Shown: positions 15,964 through 25,716 of the stretch, one piece after another | Position numbering within the stretch: position 1 is the stretch's first letter | How the letters are laid out: every line of letters begins with the position of its first letter | Origin: a virus | Lineage: Duplodnaviria > Caudoviricetes | IMG/VR virus record: IMGVR_UViG_3300027419_000078 | Coordinates: 1 to 30,917 of that record | DNA: 30,917 nt | Strand: one strand, 5' to 3' | The notes under the pieces: generated by a model | What the model was told of the DNA's origin: nothing | Databases searched by the model: none | Seen by the model: only the letters and a program-made list of their open reading frames with translations | Translations under genes and position numbers: made by a program

Positions 15964-16419
15964 ATGGCAAGACCAGGAAGGAACAACCCAGAGGGGAAGC
16001 AGAAGAGCCAGAGGGGAAGAGGAAGACCGACTAAACTAACTGAGGATCTTATCCTTGCAATGATACAAGTTGTTACCGAGGCTCTATATTGGACTGACGA
16101 AGAACTTCTTGATGAATTAAACGAAAAACTTGAAAGTCTTAAACAGCCAACAATTTCACAAACAACTTTCGAGGACTATAAAGCTAATAAACAACAAGCC
16201 TCTAATCCGTTAATGAAGCATTTTTCGGGTCTTATAAAAAAGGCACTTAAAAAGGAAAAGAGTGAATTGCTTAAAGAATTAAGAGGCGGAGGTAATGGAT
16301 GGCAAGCAAAGGCATGGATTCTTGAAAGAAAGTTTGACGAATGGAATCTAAGGAAGAAAGAAGAGAAGAAGGTTACTGGTACTTTTTCGATAGAAAACCT
16401 ACTTAATGATGAAGAATAA
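15964..16419 (+). CDS. terS: terminase small subunit
   Basis: GRGRPTKLTE N-terminus and WQAKAWILERKFDEW; directly before terL. Confidence 0.75.
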   Translation: MARPGRNNPEGKQKSQRGRGRPTKLTEDLILAMIQVVTEALYWTDEELLDELNEKLESLKQPTISQTTFEDYKANKQQASNPLMKHFSGLIKKALKKEKSELLKELRGGGNGWQAKAWILERKFDEWNLRKKEEKKVTGTFSIENLLNDEE

Positions 16420-16420
16420 C

Positions 16421-18096
16421 ATGGAAACTCCACGAGATCAGCTAAAAAAAAAATTAAAGACTTCGAGTGGTACTCCAAGAAGTTTTTAAAGATTAGAACA
16501 AAAGAGGGGAAGATAATCCCTTTTGAGTTCAATACTGCTCAGAAGATTGTACACGAGACCGTCAAGAGGATTAAACAAGAAGGACGCGCGGTTAAACTGG
16601 TAATACTCAAGGCTCGCCAGGAGGGTATTTCGACATACGCCGAGGCATTGATTTTCCACGACACGGCAACGCGCAAGAACAGGGTGTCGAGTATTATAGC
16701 TCATAATCCGGAATCGACATGTTCGATATTTGATATGACTAAGTTGTATTACGATAGCCTTCCCACAGAGTTTGCTCCATTAAAGCGTTATGACAACGCA
16801 AGAAGACTTGTATTTGAGAATCCGGACGACATAGAAAGAAAGACGAATCCGGGGTTACGATCAAGTCTTCAGGTGTCGACAGCAGAAAAGAAAGAGAAGC
16901 GCGGATCCACTACTCATAATTTCCATGCATCCGAAATTGCATTTTGGTCTGATGCGAAGAAACTCATGCTTGCGGCTCTTCAGGAAATACCGGATCACTC
17001 CGATACAATTATCATTCTTGAATCCACAGCAAATGGCGTTGGTGGATATTTCCACGATACCTATTGGGCGGCAAAGAGACACGAGAACGATTACGAAGCT
17101 ATCTTCCTCCCTTGGCATATATTCCCGGAATATTCCCGTCCAGTTACTGAAGGATTTGAATTAACCGAGACCGAAAAGGAAATCAAGGCTCTATATAACC
17201 TCACAGATGAGCAGATGTCATGGCGTAGATGGGCGATTGCCAATAAGTGCGGAGGTGATGAGATAAAGTTCAAGCAAGAGTATCCGAGTTCGGACCGTGA
17301 AGCGTTTATTGTGTCAGGTACTCCGAAGTTCAATATTGAGAATCTTTCTGTCTATCACACCTATTGCCCGAAGCCAAAATGGGTTGGCGATCTCACATCT
17401 GCAAATACAGCACAGGATGTTAAAACTCCTGAGATGAATAGATACGATGGCGGCAAACTGAGGATTTACAAATTCCCGGATCCAGGTAAGTCTTATGTAA
17501 TCGGAGGCGACACAGCAAAGGGAACGGAACATTCTGACTACTCGGTACTTCAAGTACTCGAACAGGACACGGGCGATCTTGTCGCAACTCTCAGAGGCAA
17601 AATCAATCCCACTGAGTTTGCTTATGATGCAGCACGACTTGGATATTTCTATGCCGGCATGACTCGCGCGGCTTTCCTTGGGGTTGAGGTCAACAAAGAT
17701 GGTATCACTACGAACAATGTACTCCACAAGGATATTCACTATCCGAATCTGTTTAGAAGAAGAACTGTCGACAAGACTTCAGAAGAAACCGAATACAAAC
17801 TTGGCTTCCACACGAACGAACGCACAAGACCAATCATCCTAAACAAACTCGCGAATTGGATTAACGAAGGTGAATTCGCACTCAACGACGAGAAGACAAT
17901 CCTGGAGTGCATGACTTTCGTTAAGGACGACCATGGAAGATATGAAGCTCAAGAAGGTTGCCATGACGATTGCGTTATTGCGCTGGGTATTGCGATCTAC
18001 ATCTTTGACTATGCTGTTAAACCACAGAAGCCAAAGACTCAAGAAGAAAACTTAAGGGAAAGCCTAAAAGCGAAGAAGAGTAGTCAAAATTGGTAA
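16421..18096 (+). CDS. terL: terminase large subunit (needs a -1 shift at A10, 16444-16453)
   Basis: The ORF-track frame extends upstream without a stop through FLKIRTKEG...FNTAQ...VILKARQEGIST (Walker A). It also has HASEIAFW, ESTANG, GGDTAKG and HDDCVIALGIA. The only nearby ATG (16421) is in another frame. Confidence 0.9.
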
Positions 18097-18100
18097 ATAC

Positions 18101-18129
18101 TTGCATGTATACAAAATTGTGCTTATTAT
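18101..18129 (+). promoter_or_regulatory. possible sigma70 promoter for the head operon
   Basis: TTGCAT, 17 bp spacer, TATTAT. Confidence 0.5.
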
Positions 18130-18166
18130 GTTGGCAAGTATGTTAGTTAGATCTGTCACCTAACTA

Positions 18167-18505
18167 ATGTTTATGTCAGATAATACGGCTCAGGTCAGGA
18201 TCACAAACACTACAACAGGAAACAACGGAGTGCTTGTTCCAAGTGTCCTTTCGATCAAGGCATCATTGCTATTGGGATATATACTTTCCATACGAAATGA
18301 GTGTAATAAAACATATACTCCGAATCGTTCAAGTGAATTCGATCATCTCCCTCTTTTATCTGTTTGGGATTTAGCCGATACAAATGAGGAGTTTATATTT
18401 ACCGAGGTGGCACTGCCTACGGAAACTGTTTTAAATTCAAAAGGAGTTCCTGTTTTAATTATTCTTCCCGAGGAATCAACTATTGATATGGGAATAAACC
18501 TATAA
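18167..18505 (+). CDS. hypothetical protein
   Basis: 112-aa ORF filling the terL-portal gap. Confidence 0.5.
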   Translation: MFMSDNTAQVRITNTTTGNNGVLVPSVLSIKASLLLGYILSIRNECNKTYTPNRSSEFDHLPLLSVWDLADTNEEFIFTEVALPTETVLNSKGVPVLIILPEESTIDMGINL

Positions 18506-18509
18506 AAAC

Positions 18510-20495
18510 ATGGCCAGAAAATATTACGGCAGGGAGTTAAAAGACTATAAGGAGGAAAAGCGAACTACTCTTAATGTAGACGGTAGTACTGAAGAAGTCG
18601 CAAGTAGCGCTCATCACTGGCTACAGAGAGCAGAGCAGATGAAAGCAAGGCGCGAACATTTTGAGCCGATGTGGAGATCGTCTCTTTTTGCGTTTGTTGC
18701 GTTTGCAGTCAATGGAGGCAATGATGCGAACCGGTCTTTTGATCCAGACACAGCTCCTGAATTACAAGGATACTTCAATTCAAAATTTACTACATACGGA
18801 TTCAGATTCACGGATATGCGTTATCCTCTTGAATTCGCTGTTGTAATGCGAAAACTGGCGACAGAGATTAAGAACCTTCCTTCACCTGAATGGATGGTCC
18901 CGGGTGCCGATGATCAAAGTCCGGCTCTTTTGTGGAAGAGTGTTTACAATCAAGCCATGAATGAAGCTGAGGCTGATTACGAAGACTTCGAGACACTTCT
19001 ACAGAAAAACATATTCGGAACGGCAATACGATGGTCTAGAATGAGGAGCTACAAGAATACAGTGCAGGAGCCAACCATTACCGATAGTGGGAATGTAACT
19101 TACGACAAGAAGACTCATGATGTCAGAGAATTTAAAACTACAACGACGGATCTTCGACATGTGTACCTAGATGACGGATGTACGAGTGCAACCCTTGGTG
19201 ATTGCGAGGATGCAATCATTACGGAGTATTACACTGAAGAGCAGGGGAAGATAATATTCGACGATGTAGACTTCGAGAAATTAGGAATCAAGGCTGCCCC
19301 AAAGAAAGATTTATTCCAGGATATAAACGATCTCAACGGAGGTGACGCAAAGAGTTTCTATGAGGTACTGCATTGCTACAACGAGATAACAGATATGTAT
19401 GATGTTATGATGAATGGTATTATCGTGAGAAGTTCTCCAATCCCCATGCGAAGTTTCAGAGGGAAGAAGCAGATCCCACTTGCATTGATTGTAGACAATA
19501 AGATCCCCGGGCAACCATACGGCTACGGAGAACCGGCTATCATCAAGGCTTTCCGAGAGATTAAGAATAAGAATCGAAATCTTATTTATGATGTTACAAA
19601 GAAGGGTGCCAAGCCAACGCTTGCAATCGATCCGCTATCTCCATTCAACGAGGAGACTTACACTTTCGGGCAAGATTTCGTTCGTGTTGCTCCGGGAGAC
19701 ATGTCGCCTATACCGGTTGTGTCAAATCTAGATGCTCCATTGAAACTCGATGAGATGACTGACAATGATATTACGCTTGTGACCGGAATTAATATTAAAG
19801 ATACCGTATCTCCTCCTTCTGATGAAACAGCTACAAAGACTGTTGTTCGCAAGGAATCCCAGATACTTCTTGTCGATTTGGGGTTGCATCTCAATACCAT
19901 TGCAGGATTGAAGAGGCTTCACAGAATCAATGCGAATATTTTAAGACTTCACCTCAGAGCCCCTCAGCCCGGAGCCGAAGGTAAGACGATGAAGGTTACA
20001 ACCGATGGAACAAAGTTATTCCGAAAACAACACGACAAAACATCAACAGCGTTTATTGAGGAAGAACAGCAAGGGATGCATACATTCGAATTCAAAGGTG
20101 AAGATGTCGATTATGACTTCGAGCCAATACTGGCAGTTGGAAATATTGCAGTATCCGAGCAGCTTGATAAGAACATGAAGATGGAATCCGCAGAGAAGAT
20201 AGCTGCATTGGCGCCTCTTGCAATGGATCAGTTTGGATTAGCGGAATTCCTACGAGAGAACGGAGGCTTGCCCTCTTCTGTTATTAAGAAGCAAGCACCT
20301 CAACAACCAGTCAATACCAATCCAAATTCAGAACAAGATGATATTGCTAGTATTATAAAGAATGCCGGTGGTATAATCCCTCAAGAACAGCAAGCAATTA
20401 ACGATTACAAGAATGCTAAAAAAACTCAACTCGTGGCTGACAAGGCGACGAGCCCAGAAACAATGGGAGCAGCAGGAGCACAAGCTGGCGTATAG
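18510..20495 (+). CDS. portal protein (P22-like)
   Basis: 661 aa after the terminase; IPGQPYGYG, VTGIN and ETAT motifs and a Q/P-rich tail. Confidence 0.8.
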   Translation: MARKYYGRELKDYKEEKRTTLNVDGSTEEVASSAHHWLQRAEQMKARREHFEPMWRSSLFAFVAFAVNGGNDANRSFDPDTAPELQGYFNSKFTTYGFRFTDMRYPLEFAVVMRKLATEIKNLPSPEWMVPGADDQSPALLWKSVYNQAMNEAEADYEDFETLLQKNIFGTAIRWSRMRSYKNTVQEPTITDSGNVTYDKKTHDVREFKTTTTDLRHVYLDDGCTSATLGDCEDAIITEYYTEEQGKIIFDDVDFEKLGIKAAPKKDLFQDINDLNGGDAKSFYEVLHCYNEITDMYDVMMNGIIVRSSPIPMRSFRGKKQIPLALIVDNKIPGQPYGYGEPAIIKAFREIKNKNRNLIYDVTKKGAKPTLAIDPLSPFNEETYTFGQDFVRVAPGDMSPIPVVSNLDAPLKLDEMTDNDITLVTGINIKDTVSPPSDETATKTVVRKESQILLVDLGLHLNTIAGLKRLHRINANILRLHLRAPQPGAEGKTMKVTTDGTKLFRKQHDKTSTAFIEEEQQGMHTFEFKGEDVDYDFEPILAVGNIAVSEQLDKNMKMESAEKIAALAPLAMDQFGLAEFLRENGGLPSSVIKKQAPQQPVNTNPNSEQDDIASIIKNAGGIIPQEQQAINDYKNAKKTQLVADKATSPETMGAAGAQAGV

Positions 20496-20532
20496 CCTTC
20501 TTGGTATATACAAGAGCGCGATGGTACTAATA

Positions 20533-20802
20533 ATGGGAGTATCTGAAGTAGATAGAGAGAATATTGCCGCGCTGATAGTAGACGAGAAATATCAAAGCTT
20601 ACTAAAACTCGAACAAAATATTTGCGCTCAGTGGATACAACAGTGTATGTATGAAGAAGGAGAACAAAAGGAATTGAAAAAGGGAGGTGTCAAGATGTAC
20701 ACGACGATTCATAAGGCTATAGAGAACGCATTCAAGCAGAAGATGCAGAACGGTGCAGAACAACAACAGATGGACAAGACATTAAACGGATTGGGATGGT
20801 AG
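20533..20802 (+). CDS. small head-associated hypothetical protein
   Basis: Helical ~90-aa ORF between portal and scaffold; start 20521 or 20533 avoids overlap with the portal. Confidence 0.55.
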   Translation: MGVSEVDRENIAALIVDEKYQSLLKLEQNICAQWIQQCMYEEGEQKELKKGGVKMYTTIHKAIENAFKQKMQNGAEQQQMDKTLNGLGW

Positions 20803-20820
20803 GCTCCTTGAAAACAAGTC

Positions 20821-20893
20821 GATAAAGCCTCGCTATGGACTCACTGCGTATTGCTAGATACGATTAGCAGTGAGCCAATAATGTGGCTTTATC
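20821..20893 (+). other. long RNA hairpin in the scaffold-gene leader, preceded by boxA-like GCTCCTTGAAAA (20803-20814)
   Basis: Nested stems GATAAAGCC/GGCTTTATC, CTCACTGC/GCAGTGAG and GTATT/GATAC. Confidence 0.7.
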
Positions 20894-20923
20894 ACCGCAT
20901 GCAGTAATTTCTAACCATTCAAT

Positions 20924-21694
20924 ATGGATACAACCGTGACCCCTGCAACAGCAGGCAACGAACCTCCTGCGAAGGAGAATCCAGAGGCAGCGAAAGCGAC
21001 CCCTCCGGAAAAATCAACTGAATTTGCACTGGCAAAGACTGAACAACTTAACCAGACAGAACCTCCTGTACAGGAGCATGACTGGAAAAAAAGATTTGAA
21101 GGTACGAGCCAAGCGCATAAACAGTTAAGCGAGGAGCATCAGCAAGTAATTGATAGCAATGTCAAACTTGTTGAGAAAAATCCTGAATTACTGAACGATT
21201 TGGCGGATACAAATCCCAAACTTGCGGATCAAGTGTCCAGGAAGTTGTATGATAAAAGCTACGATTCTTATCGCAAAGATAAGGAACTCGAATCTTTGAA
21301 AAAAAGTGATCCGGATAGGTATGCTCAGGAAAAACGCATTAAAACTCTTGAAGAAAGAGATGCAACGCGTACTGAGTCGGACAGAAAAGATTTTCTTAAA
21401 AGCAAGGGGATCAAAGACAACGAATTTGATCCTGCCTACAAGAAGGTTAAAGCTCAACTCAATATGTTTAATCCTGAATATGTTGAGGAAAGTCCGTCAG
21501 AAGCGTGGTCCAAGGCATATCAACTGGCTTTCCCAAGTAGTGCCAGCACCGAGAAGACAAAAGAAGATGCTGCACTTGCATGGAATTCCAGTAAGAGGGG
21601 TGGACTCTCTTCAATCCTCAGTCACAAACAAAGTACGAAATCGCCGGAAGCACAGGCGTTTGCAGACAAACTGTCTATGCTAACAAGTAAGTAA
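20924..21694 (+). CDS. capsid scaffolding protein
   Basis: Low-complexity N-terminus, DWKKRF motif and charged helical body; lies between portal and capsid genes. Confidence 0.7.
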   Translation: MDTTVTPATAGNEPPAKENPEAAKATPPEKSTEFALAKTEQLNQTEPPVQEHDWKKRFEGTSQAHKQLSEEHQQVIDSNVKLVEKNPELLNDLADTNPKLADQVSRKLYDKSYDSYRKDKELESLKKSDPDRYAQEKRIKTLEERDATRTESDRKDFLKSKGIKDNEFDPAYKKVKAQLNMFNPEYVEESPSEAWSKAYQLAFPSSASTEKTKEDAALAWNSSKRGGLSSILSHKQSTKSPEAQAFADKLSMLTSK

Positions 21695-21719
21695 GACTAT
21701 CACTTAAAAATCCCTTACT

Positions 21720-22184
21720 ATGTACGGATTTCATGAAAGAACCGACAAGGCGTTGGCTATTAGCCAAATCCACAGAGTCGGCAAAAATTCAGAAGTATTC
21801 GCTATAGGCGATGCTGTTACTGAAGCTTCAGGTGTTGCCTTGGTTGCCTCTAATTCAGCAAGAATCCTTGGATTCGCAAATGAGGTAAAGACAATGACTG
21901 CCGATAATGCCACCGTTGCAAAATACGAATTGGCAATTATCCCAGCATATCAAGGAATGGAAGTTGAATGTGATTTGAATGCCGCTTCTACTTACGATGC
22001 TTGCGTAGGATTCTACACAATACTCACAGGTACAACAGGCGCTCAACAACTCGCACAAGCTTCTCTTTCTGCGACAGTTGGTCAGTTCCGCATTACGAAA
22101 CTTGATCCACGGGGCGAGAGTTCCACAACTCGTGTTCTATGTACTCCGGTATTCACTGGATTCAGCCACACGACTGCCAGTTAA
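21720..22184 (+). CDS. capsid decoration/cement-like protein
   Basis: 154 aa, small-residue-rich and beta-like, directly before the MCP. Confidence 0.55.
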   Translation: MYGFHERTDKALAISQIHRVGKNSEVFAIGDAVTEASGVALVASNSARILGFANEVKTMTADNATVAKYELAIIPAYQGMEVECDLNAASTYDACVGFYTILTGTTGAQQLAQASLSATVGQFRITKLDPRGESSTTRVLCTPVFTGFSHTTAS

Positions 22185-22240
22185 GACTAAGTTAAGAAGT
22201 TAGTTAAGAAGTAAGTACTTTTACAACTAACTTAGTCTTA
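22182..22240. repeat. 13-bp inverted repeat with an internal 11-bp direct repeat before the MCP gene
   Basis: TAAGACTAAGTTA (22182-22194) pairs with TAACTTAGTCTTA (22228-22240); AGTTAAGAAGT occurs at 22190 and 22202. Confidence 0.85.
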
Positions 22241-22242
22241 CA

Positions 22243-23202
22243 ATGGATACATTAACCAGACTGCCAGACATCGTTGACCCTCAAATCGTCGAGATATTCG
22301 ACCAAACCAAGGATCAGCTTTCGGCTGATCTGCAGTACGCAAAATTAGGATATGAGGATTATAGTCCTTCTATCCCGGACCCAAAGTTTTCTAGTGTTTC
22401 AGGTCTCTCAATTGCTCAGCTGACTTTAGAAGGGTCTCCTTACAGCAATGAAGACAGAACCCAAGGATATGACGTAGAAATCACAGTTCAGAAATACACA
22501 AAGATGTGTACGTATACCGAGGAGTTGATTCATTGGATAATGGAAGGCAACAAGGAACGTGCTCAAGAATTTAGAGAGGGCGTAGAGGCTGTTCATCAAT
22601 CGCTTTATGAACGCGTTGATACACAGGCTGCTCGTATGATTTATCTTGCACATACCGCAACTCACCAGACAGGTGGAGATGCAGTGGCATTGGCAAGTAC
22701 GGCACACCCTTCTACGGAACCTGGAGTTGCTACGCAAAGAAATGTCCCGCCTGCAACAGAAGGCCATGTTCCTTTGTCATACACAGCTCTTGTAAATGCA
22801 AGAAACAGAATCAACAGATTCTATGACCTCAAAGGCGTTCAATTAAAGAGAGCCAAGAATTTAAAACTTCTTATCTCCATCGAACAGGAAGATTTGGCAA
22901 AGAGATTATTGTTCTCTCCAAAACTACCTGGAACGGAATTAAACGACTCCAACACTCTAAGTGGAATCACTTATGAAGTTATCGAATGGCAACCTTCAAC
23001 CTATTCTTCTTATTGGGCTCTTACTGTTCCTGAGAGAACAAAGAGATCATGCAAGATGATATGGGGTTGGAAACCAAGAGTCATGTCTGAAACTGAGTAT
23101 AAGAACGGAACCTTTTACAAACCGGGTTCAGTTTATATGCAAACAGGCTTCAGAGATTGGCATTGGGGCTACTTCAGCAAGGGTGATTCGTCCGCTTCCT
23201 AA
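22243..23202 (+). CDS. major capsid protein (HK97 fold, Mu gpT-like)
   Basis: 319 aa; GGDAVALASTAHP, LSYTALVNAR, DLKG and GFRDWHWGYFSKG; position fits. Confidence 0.8.
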   Translation: MDTLTRLPDIVDPQIVEIFDQTKDQLSADLQYAKLGYEDYSPSIPDPKFSSVSGLSIAQLTLEGSPYSNEDRTQGYDVEITVQKYTKMCTYTEELIHWIMEGNKERAQEFREGVEAVHQSLYERVDTQAARMIYLAHTATHQTGGDAVALASTAHPSTEPGVATQRNVPPATEGHVPLSYTALVNARNRINRFYDLKGVQLKRAKNLKLLISIEQEDLAKRLLFSPKLPGTELNDSNTLSGITYEVIEWQPSTYSSYWALTVPERTKRSCKMIWGWKPRVMSETEYKNGTFYKPGSVYMQTGFRDWHWGYFSKGDSSAS

Positions 23203-23229
23203 TTTTCTAATTTCTAATTTACAAATCTC

Positions 23230-25023
23230 ATGGATAAAAATGGATTGGAATTGGGGACGGCTCAACGTGGTAAGCCTGGCAGAAGCGTACTCGTTAAGAA
23301 TACGACTGCTGCCGACATGGCTATCATCCGAGACACCTTCAACTACAAAGTTGACCCAATTGACGGGAGTACGTTAATTTTCGCAGATGTTGATTCGGCC
23401 ATCAACTCGTTTAGCGCAGTCAGTAGGGCTAATCTTGGAGATACGGTTTATATCTCTGAAGGTTATACCGAGACTGTTGCTACTGCAAGCGACATCACTT
23501 CTGATGTTGCTGGTCTATCGATCATCGGTTTGGGCGAAGGAGCTAGTAGGCCTACGTTTACATTTAGTGCCACTGCTGCAACATGGGTTGTCAGCGGAGC
23601 TAGTACGACAATTAAAAACATCATTATTACCAATAGTATTGATGCTGTCGTTAGTCCATTCGTTGTATCTGGTGTTGATTGCACGTTCGATATAGAATCA
23701 CGTGATTCCACTAACTTAAAGGAATTCACCGATATTATCCTGACAACTGCTGCGGCCGATAATCTCAAGATTAAGCTCAAGCATGTTGGCTTCACGACTG
23801 GTTCAGGCAATACTCGTGCTGTTCATCTAGTTGGTGGCAACAATACTCGTGTCGATGTTGACTTTTACGGTCTTGCCACGACTGCTGTTGTTGATTTCAC
23901 GACCGCTGTTGTCGACTGCAATGTGTTTGGCTATATGTACAACTCAGGTACCACAGACTTCAGTAAATCGGTAAAAGATACCGCTACCGGGTCCACTTGG
24001 TTTGCTGAGTTCTATGATGGCGCGGCTGGTGCCTCTGTTCAAGGAGGATCCGGTAACGCCCTTGCGGCTGGTGATCTTTCGGTTATTGCAACTGCTGTCA
24101 CTACTACCATCCCGGGACTACATGCAGTTCCAGGTGCCAACGTGACCACCAATACCAATGTGCGTGATGTTGTTGGTAACAAAACAGATACCGCCGTTGG
24201 TACAGTTGCTGCAGATAAATCTCTAATGGGATACGCAAAGGGTATTCTTGAAGATACAGGTACAACTCTTCCTGGCACGCTTTCTACTCTCACTGGTTAC
24301 CACACTGTTCCAACGCAAGATGCTGCTACTGATGCTCAAATGCGTGACGTTGTTGGTAAAAAGAGTGATACAACTGGTGGTACTTCACTCGTTTCACTTC
24401 TCAAGGTAGCCGATGCTGCTGTTGATGCTATCCAGACGGATTTGGGTAATCCAAGTGTTCGCACGAATTTCCAAAGCGTTGAAACAATGCTTGGAATGCC
24501 TGATGCGGCCAACTCAAATCTCGACGACATGATCAGAACCGGCTTTGACTCGACTACTGTAACGAGAAATCAGAACGGATCGGTTATGGAGATGTTAAAA
24601 GCCATTGTCAGAGTCACGCCTCAGGTTGACATGAAGATGATTGCTGATTTGACGGGTTACGACACAGCCGCAATCTTCAATGTAACGGGCAATGTTGTCG
24701 CGCGCACTTACGGAATAGTTGGTGCAACTGCTATCACTTCAACATCGGGTACAACAACCCTGTCTGTTGGTACGGCTGGGGATCCAGATGTTTTACTTCC
24801 TGCTACTACTGTTGATAACGCAGATTTCGCTATCAATGATGTCTGGACTGACAACAATCCGGAAGATGGCGCATGCGCTCTTTCGGCTACAAGCTGGGTA
24901 CTTATTTCGGCTGGAGAAGATATTATATTGACGCGAAATGTTGATGATCTTACTGCAGGTGCATTGTCTATAATCTGCGAATGGTATTCGCCAGATGGCT
25001 CGGGTTCCGTTGCTGCTGCATAG
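23230..25023 (+). CDS. virion structural protein (beta-helix-like N-half, internal repeats)
   Basis: AIN...GDTVYISEGYTE is a pectin-lyase-like start; T/A/G-rich; the HxVP...RDVVGxKxDT motif is repeated. Confidence 0.6.
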   Translation: MDKNGLELGTAQRGKPGRSVLVKNTTAADMAIIRDTFNYKVDPIDGSTLIFADVDSAINSFSAVSRANLGDTVYISEGYTETVATASDITSDVAGLSIIGLGEGASRPTFTFSATAATWVVSGASTTIKNIIITNSIDAVVSPFVVSGVDCTFDIESRDSTNLKEFTDIILTTAAADNLKIKLKHVGFTTGSGNTRAVHLVGGNNTRVDVDFYGLATTAVVDFTTAVVDCNVFGYMYNSGTTDFSKSVKDTATGSTWFAEFYDGAAGASVQGGSGNALAAGDLSVIATAVTTTIPGLHAVPGANVTTNTNVRDVVGNKTDTAVGTVAADKSLMGYAKGILEDTGTTLPGTLSTLTGYHTVPTQDAATDAQMRDVVGKKSDTTGGTSLVSLLKVADAAVDAIQTDLGNPSVRTNFQSVETMLGMPDAANSNLDDMIRTGFDSTTVTRNQNGSVMEMLKAIVRVTPQVDMKMIADLTGYDTAAIFNVTGNVVARTYGIVGATAITSTSGTTTLSVGTAGDPDVLLPATTVDNADFAINDVWTDNNPEDGACALSATSWVLISAGEDIILTRNVDDLTAGALSIICEWYSPDGSGSVAAA

Positions 25024-25042
25024 TTCTTTAGATTGTTGATTT

Positions 25043-25069
25043 GTGGGGGGCGAAATTCGCCCCTCTCAC
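25043..25069 (+). other. GC-rich hairpin without a U tract
   Basis: GGGGGGCG-AAATT-CGCCCCTC. Confidence 0.5.
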
Positions 25070-25092
25070 TCAGTAATTTAACCCAAGTACAC

Positions 25093-25671
25093 ATGTCTAC
25101 GTTATTAGACCAGAATGTCCACACGATTGATTTCAACTCATTGGATCCAATCGCGGAATTGCGAAAAGTCAATCCCAGGTTTATGGAAATCTTCGACAAA
25201 TTAAATGCAAATGATCGAGTTCTACACATGCGTTCTTATCCTATCAATAGTCCGGTCGAGGAAGCGCTGGTCCAGTATGTCTTAGACAAAATCGCTCCTA
25301 CGACATTAAGCCAATCGGAAGAAGCTAGAGTTCGTCGAGCCATGGCTGAAGATGCAGCAAAGGGAATCGAAATCGATACTCCGGCAAAGGAAATGGAGTG
25401 GGAAACTAAAATCCAAGAGGCAAGACTTAAAGACAAGGCTCATCTTGATGCAGTCAAGGCTGAACGAGCTGGTCAATTTGGAGGAAACAAAGTCAATCAG
25501 CCTGCTAAAAGTACAGGCGAAGGGCTTGCGACAATTAAGGGACTCGGAGCAAAGTCAATCGAGAAATTACATTCCGCAGGGATTAAGACTGCAGATCAAT
25601 TCAATAGTCTTACAGAATTACAACTCAGAGAAATAGTTGGTCCGTTAGTCGCATCAAAATTCAGAAAATAG
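25093..25671 (+). CDS. protein with C-terminal helix-hairpin-helix domain
   Basis: LATIKGLGAKSIEKLHSAGIKT (HhH); ATG 25093 follows a TAACC leader. Confidence 0.7.
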   Translation: MSTLLDQNVHTIDFNSLDPIAELRKVNPRFMEIFDKLNANDRVLHMRSYPINSPVEEALVQYVLDKIAPTTLSQSEEARVRRAMAEDAAKGIEIDTPAKEMEWETKIQEARLKDKAHLDAVKAERAGQFGGNKVNQPAKSTGEGLATIKGLGAKSIEKLHSAGIKTADQFNSLTELQLREIVGPLVASKFRK

Positions 25672-25716
25672 TTATTTTTATTTCAGCCATAATACGGCTA
25701 TAACCATAATAATACT

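Noticed and set aside
15964-18096. TerS-TerL fusion by stop read-through
   Set aside because: The two frames coincide, but the stop is TAA and a well-placed ATG follows 1 nt later; the A-tract explanation is simpler.
25043-25069. Intrinsic terminator after 23230..25023
   Set aside because: The stem is strong but has no U tract; kept only as an unexplained hairpin.
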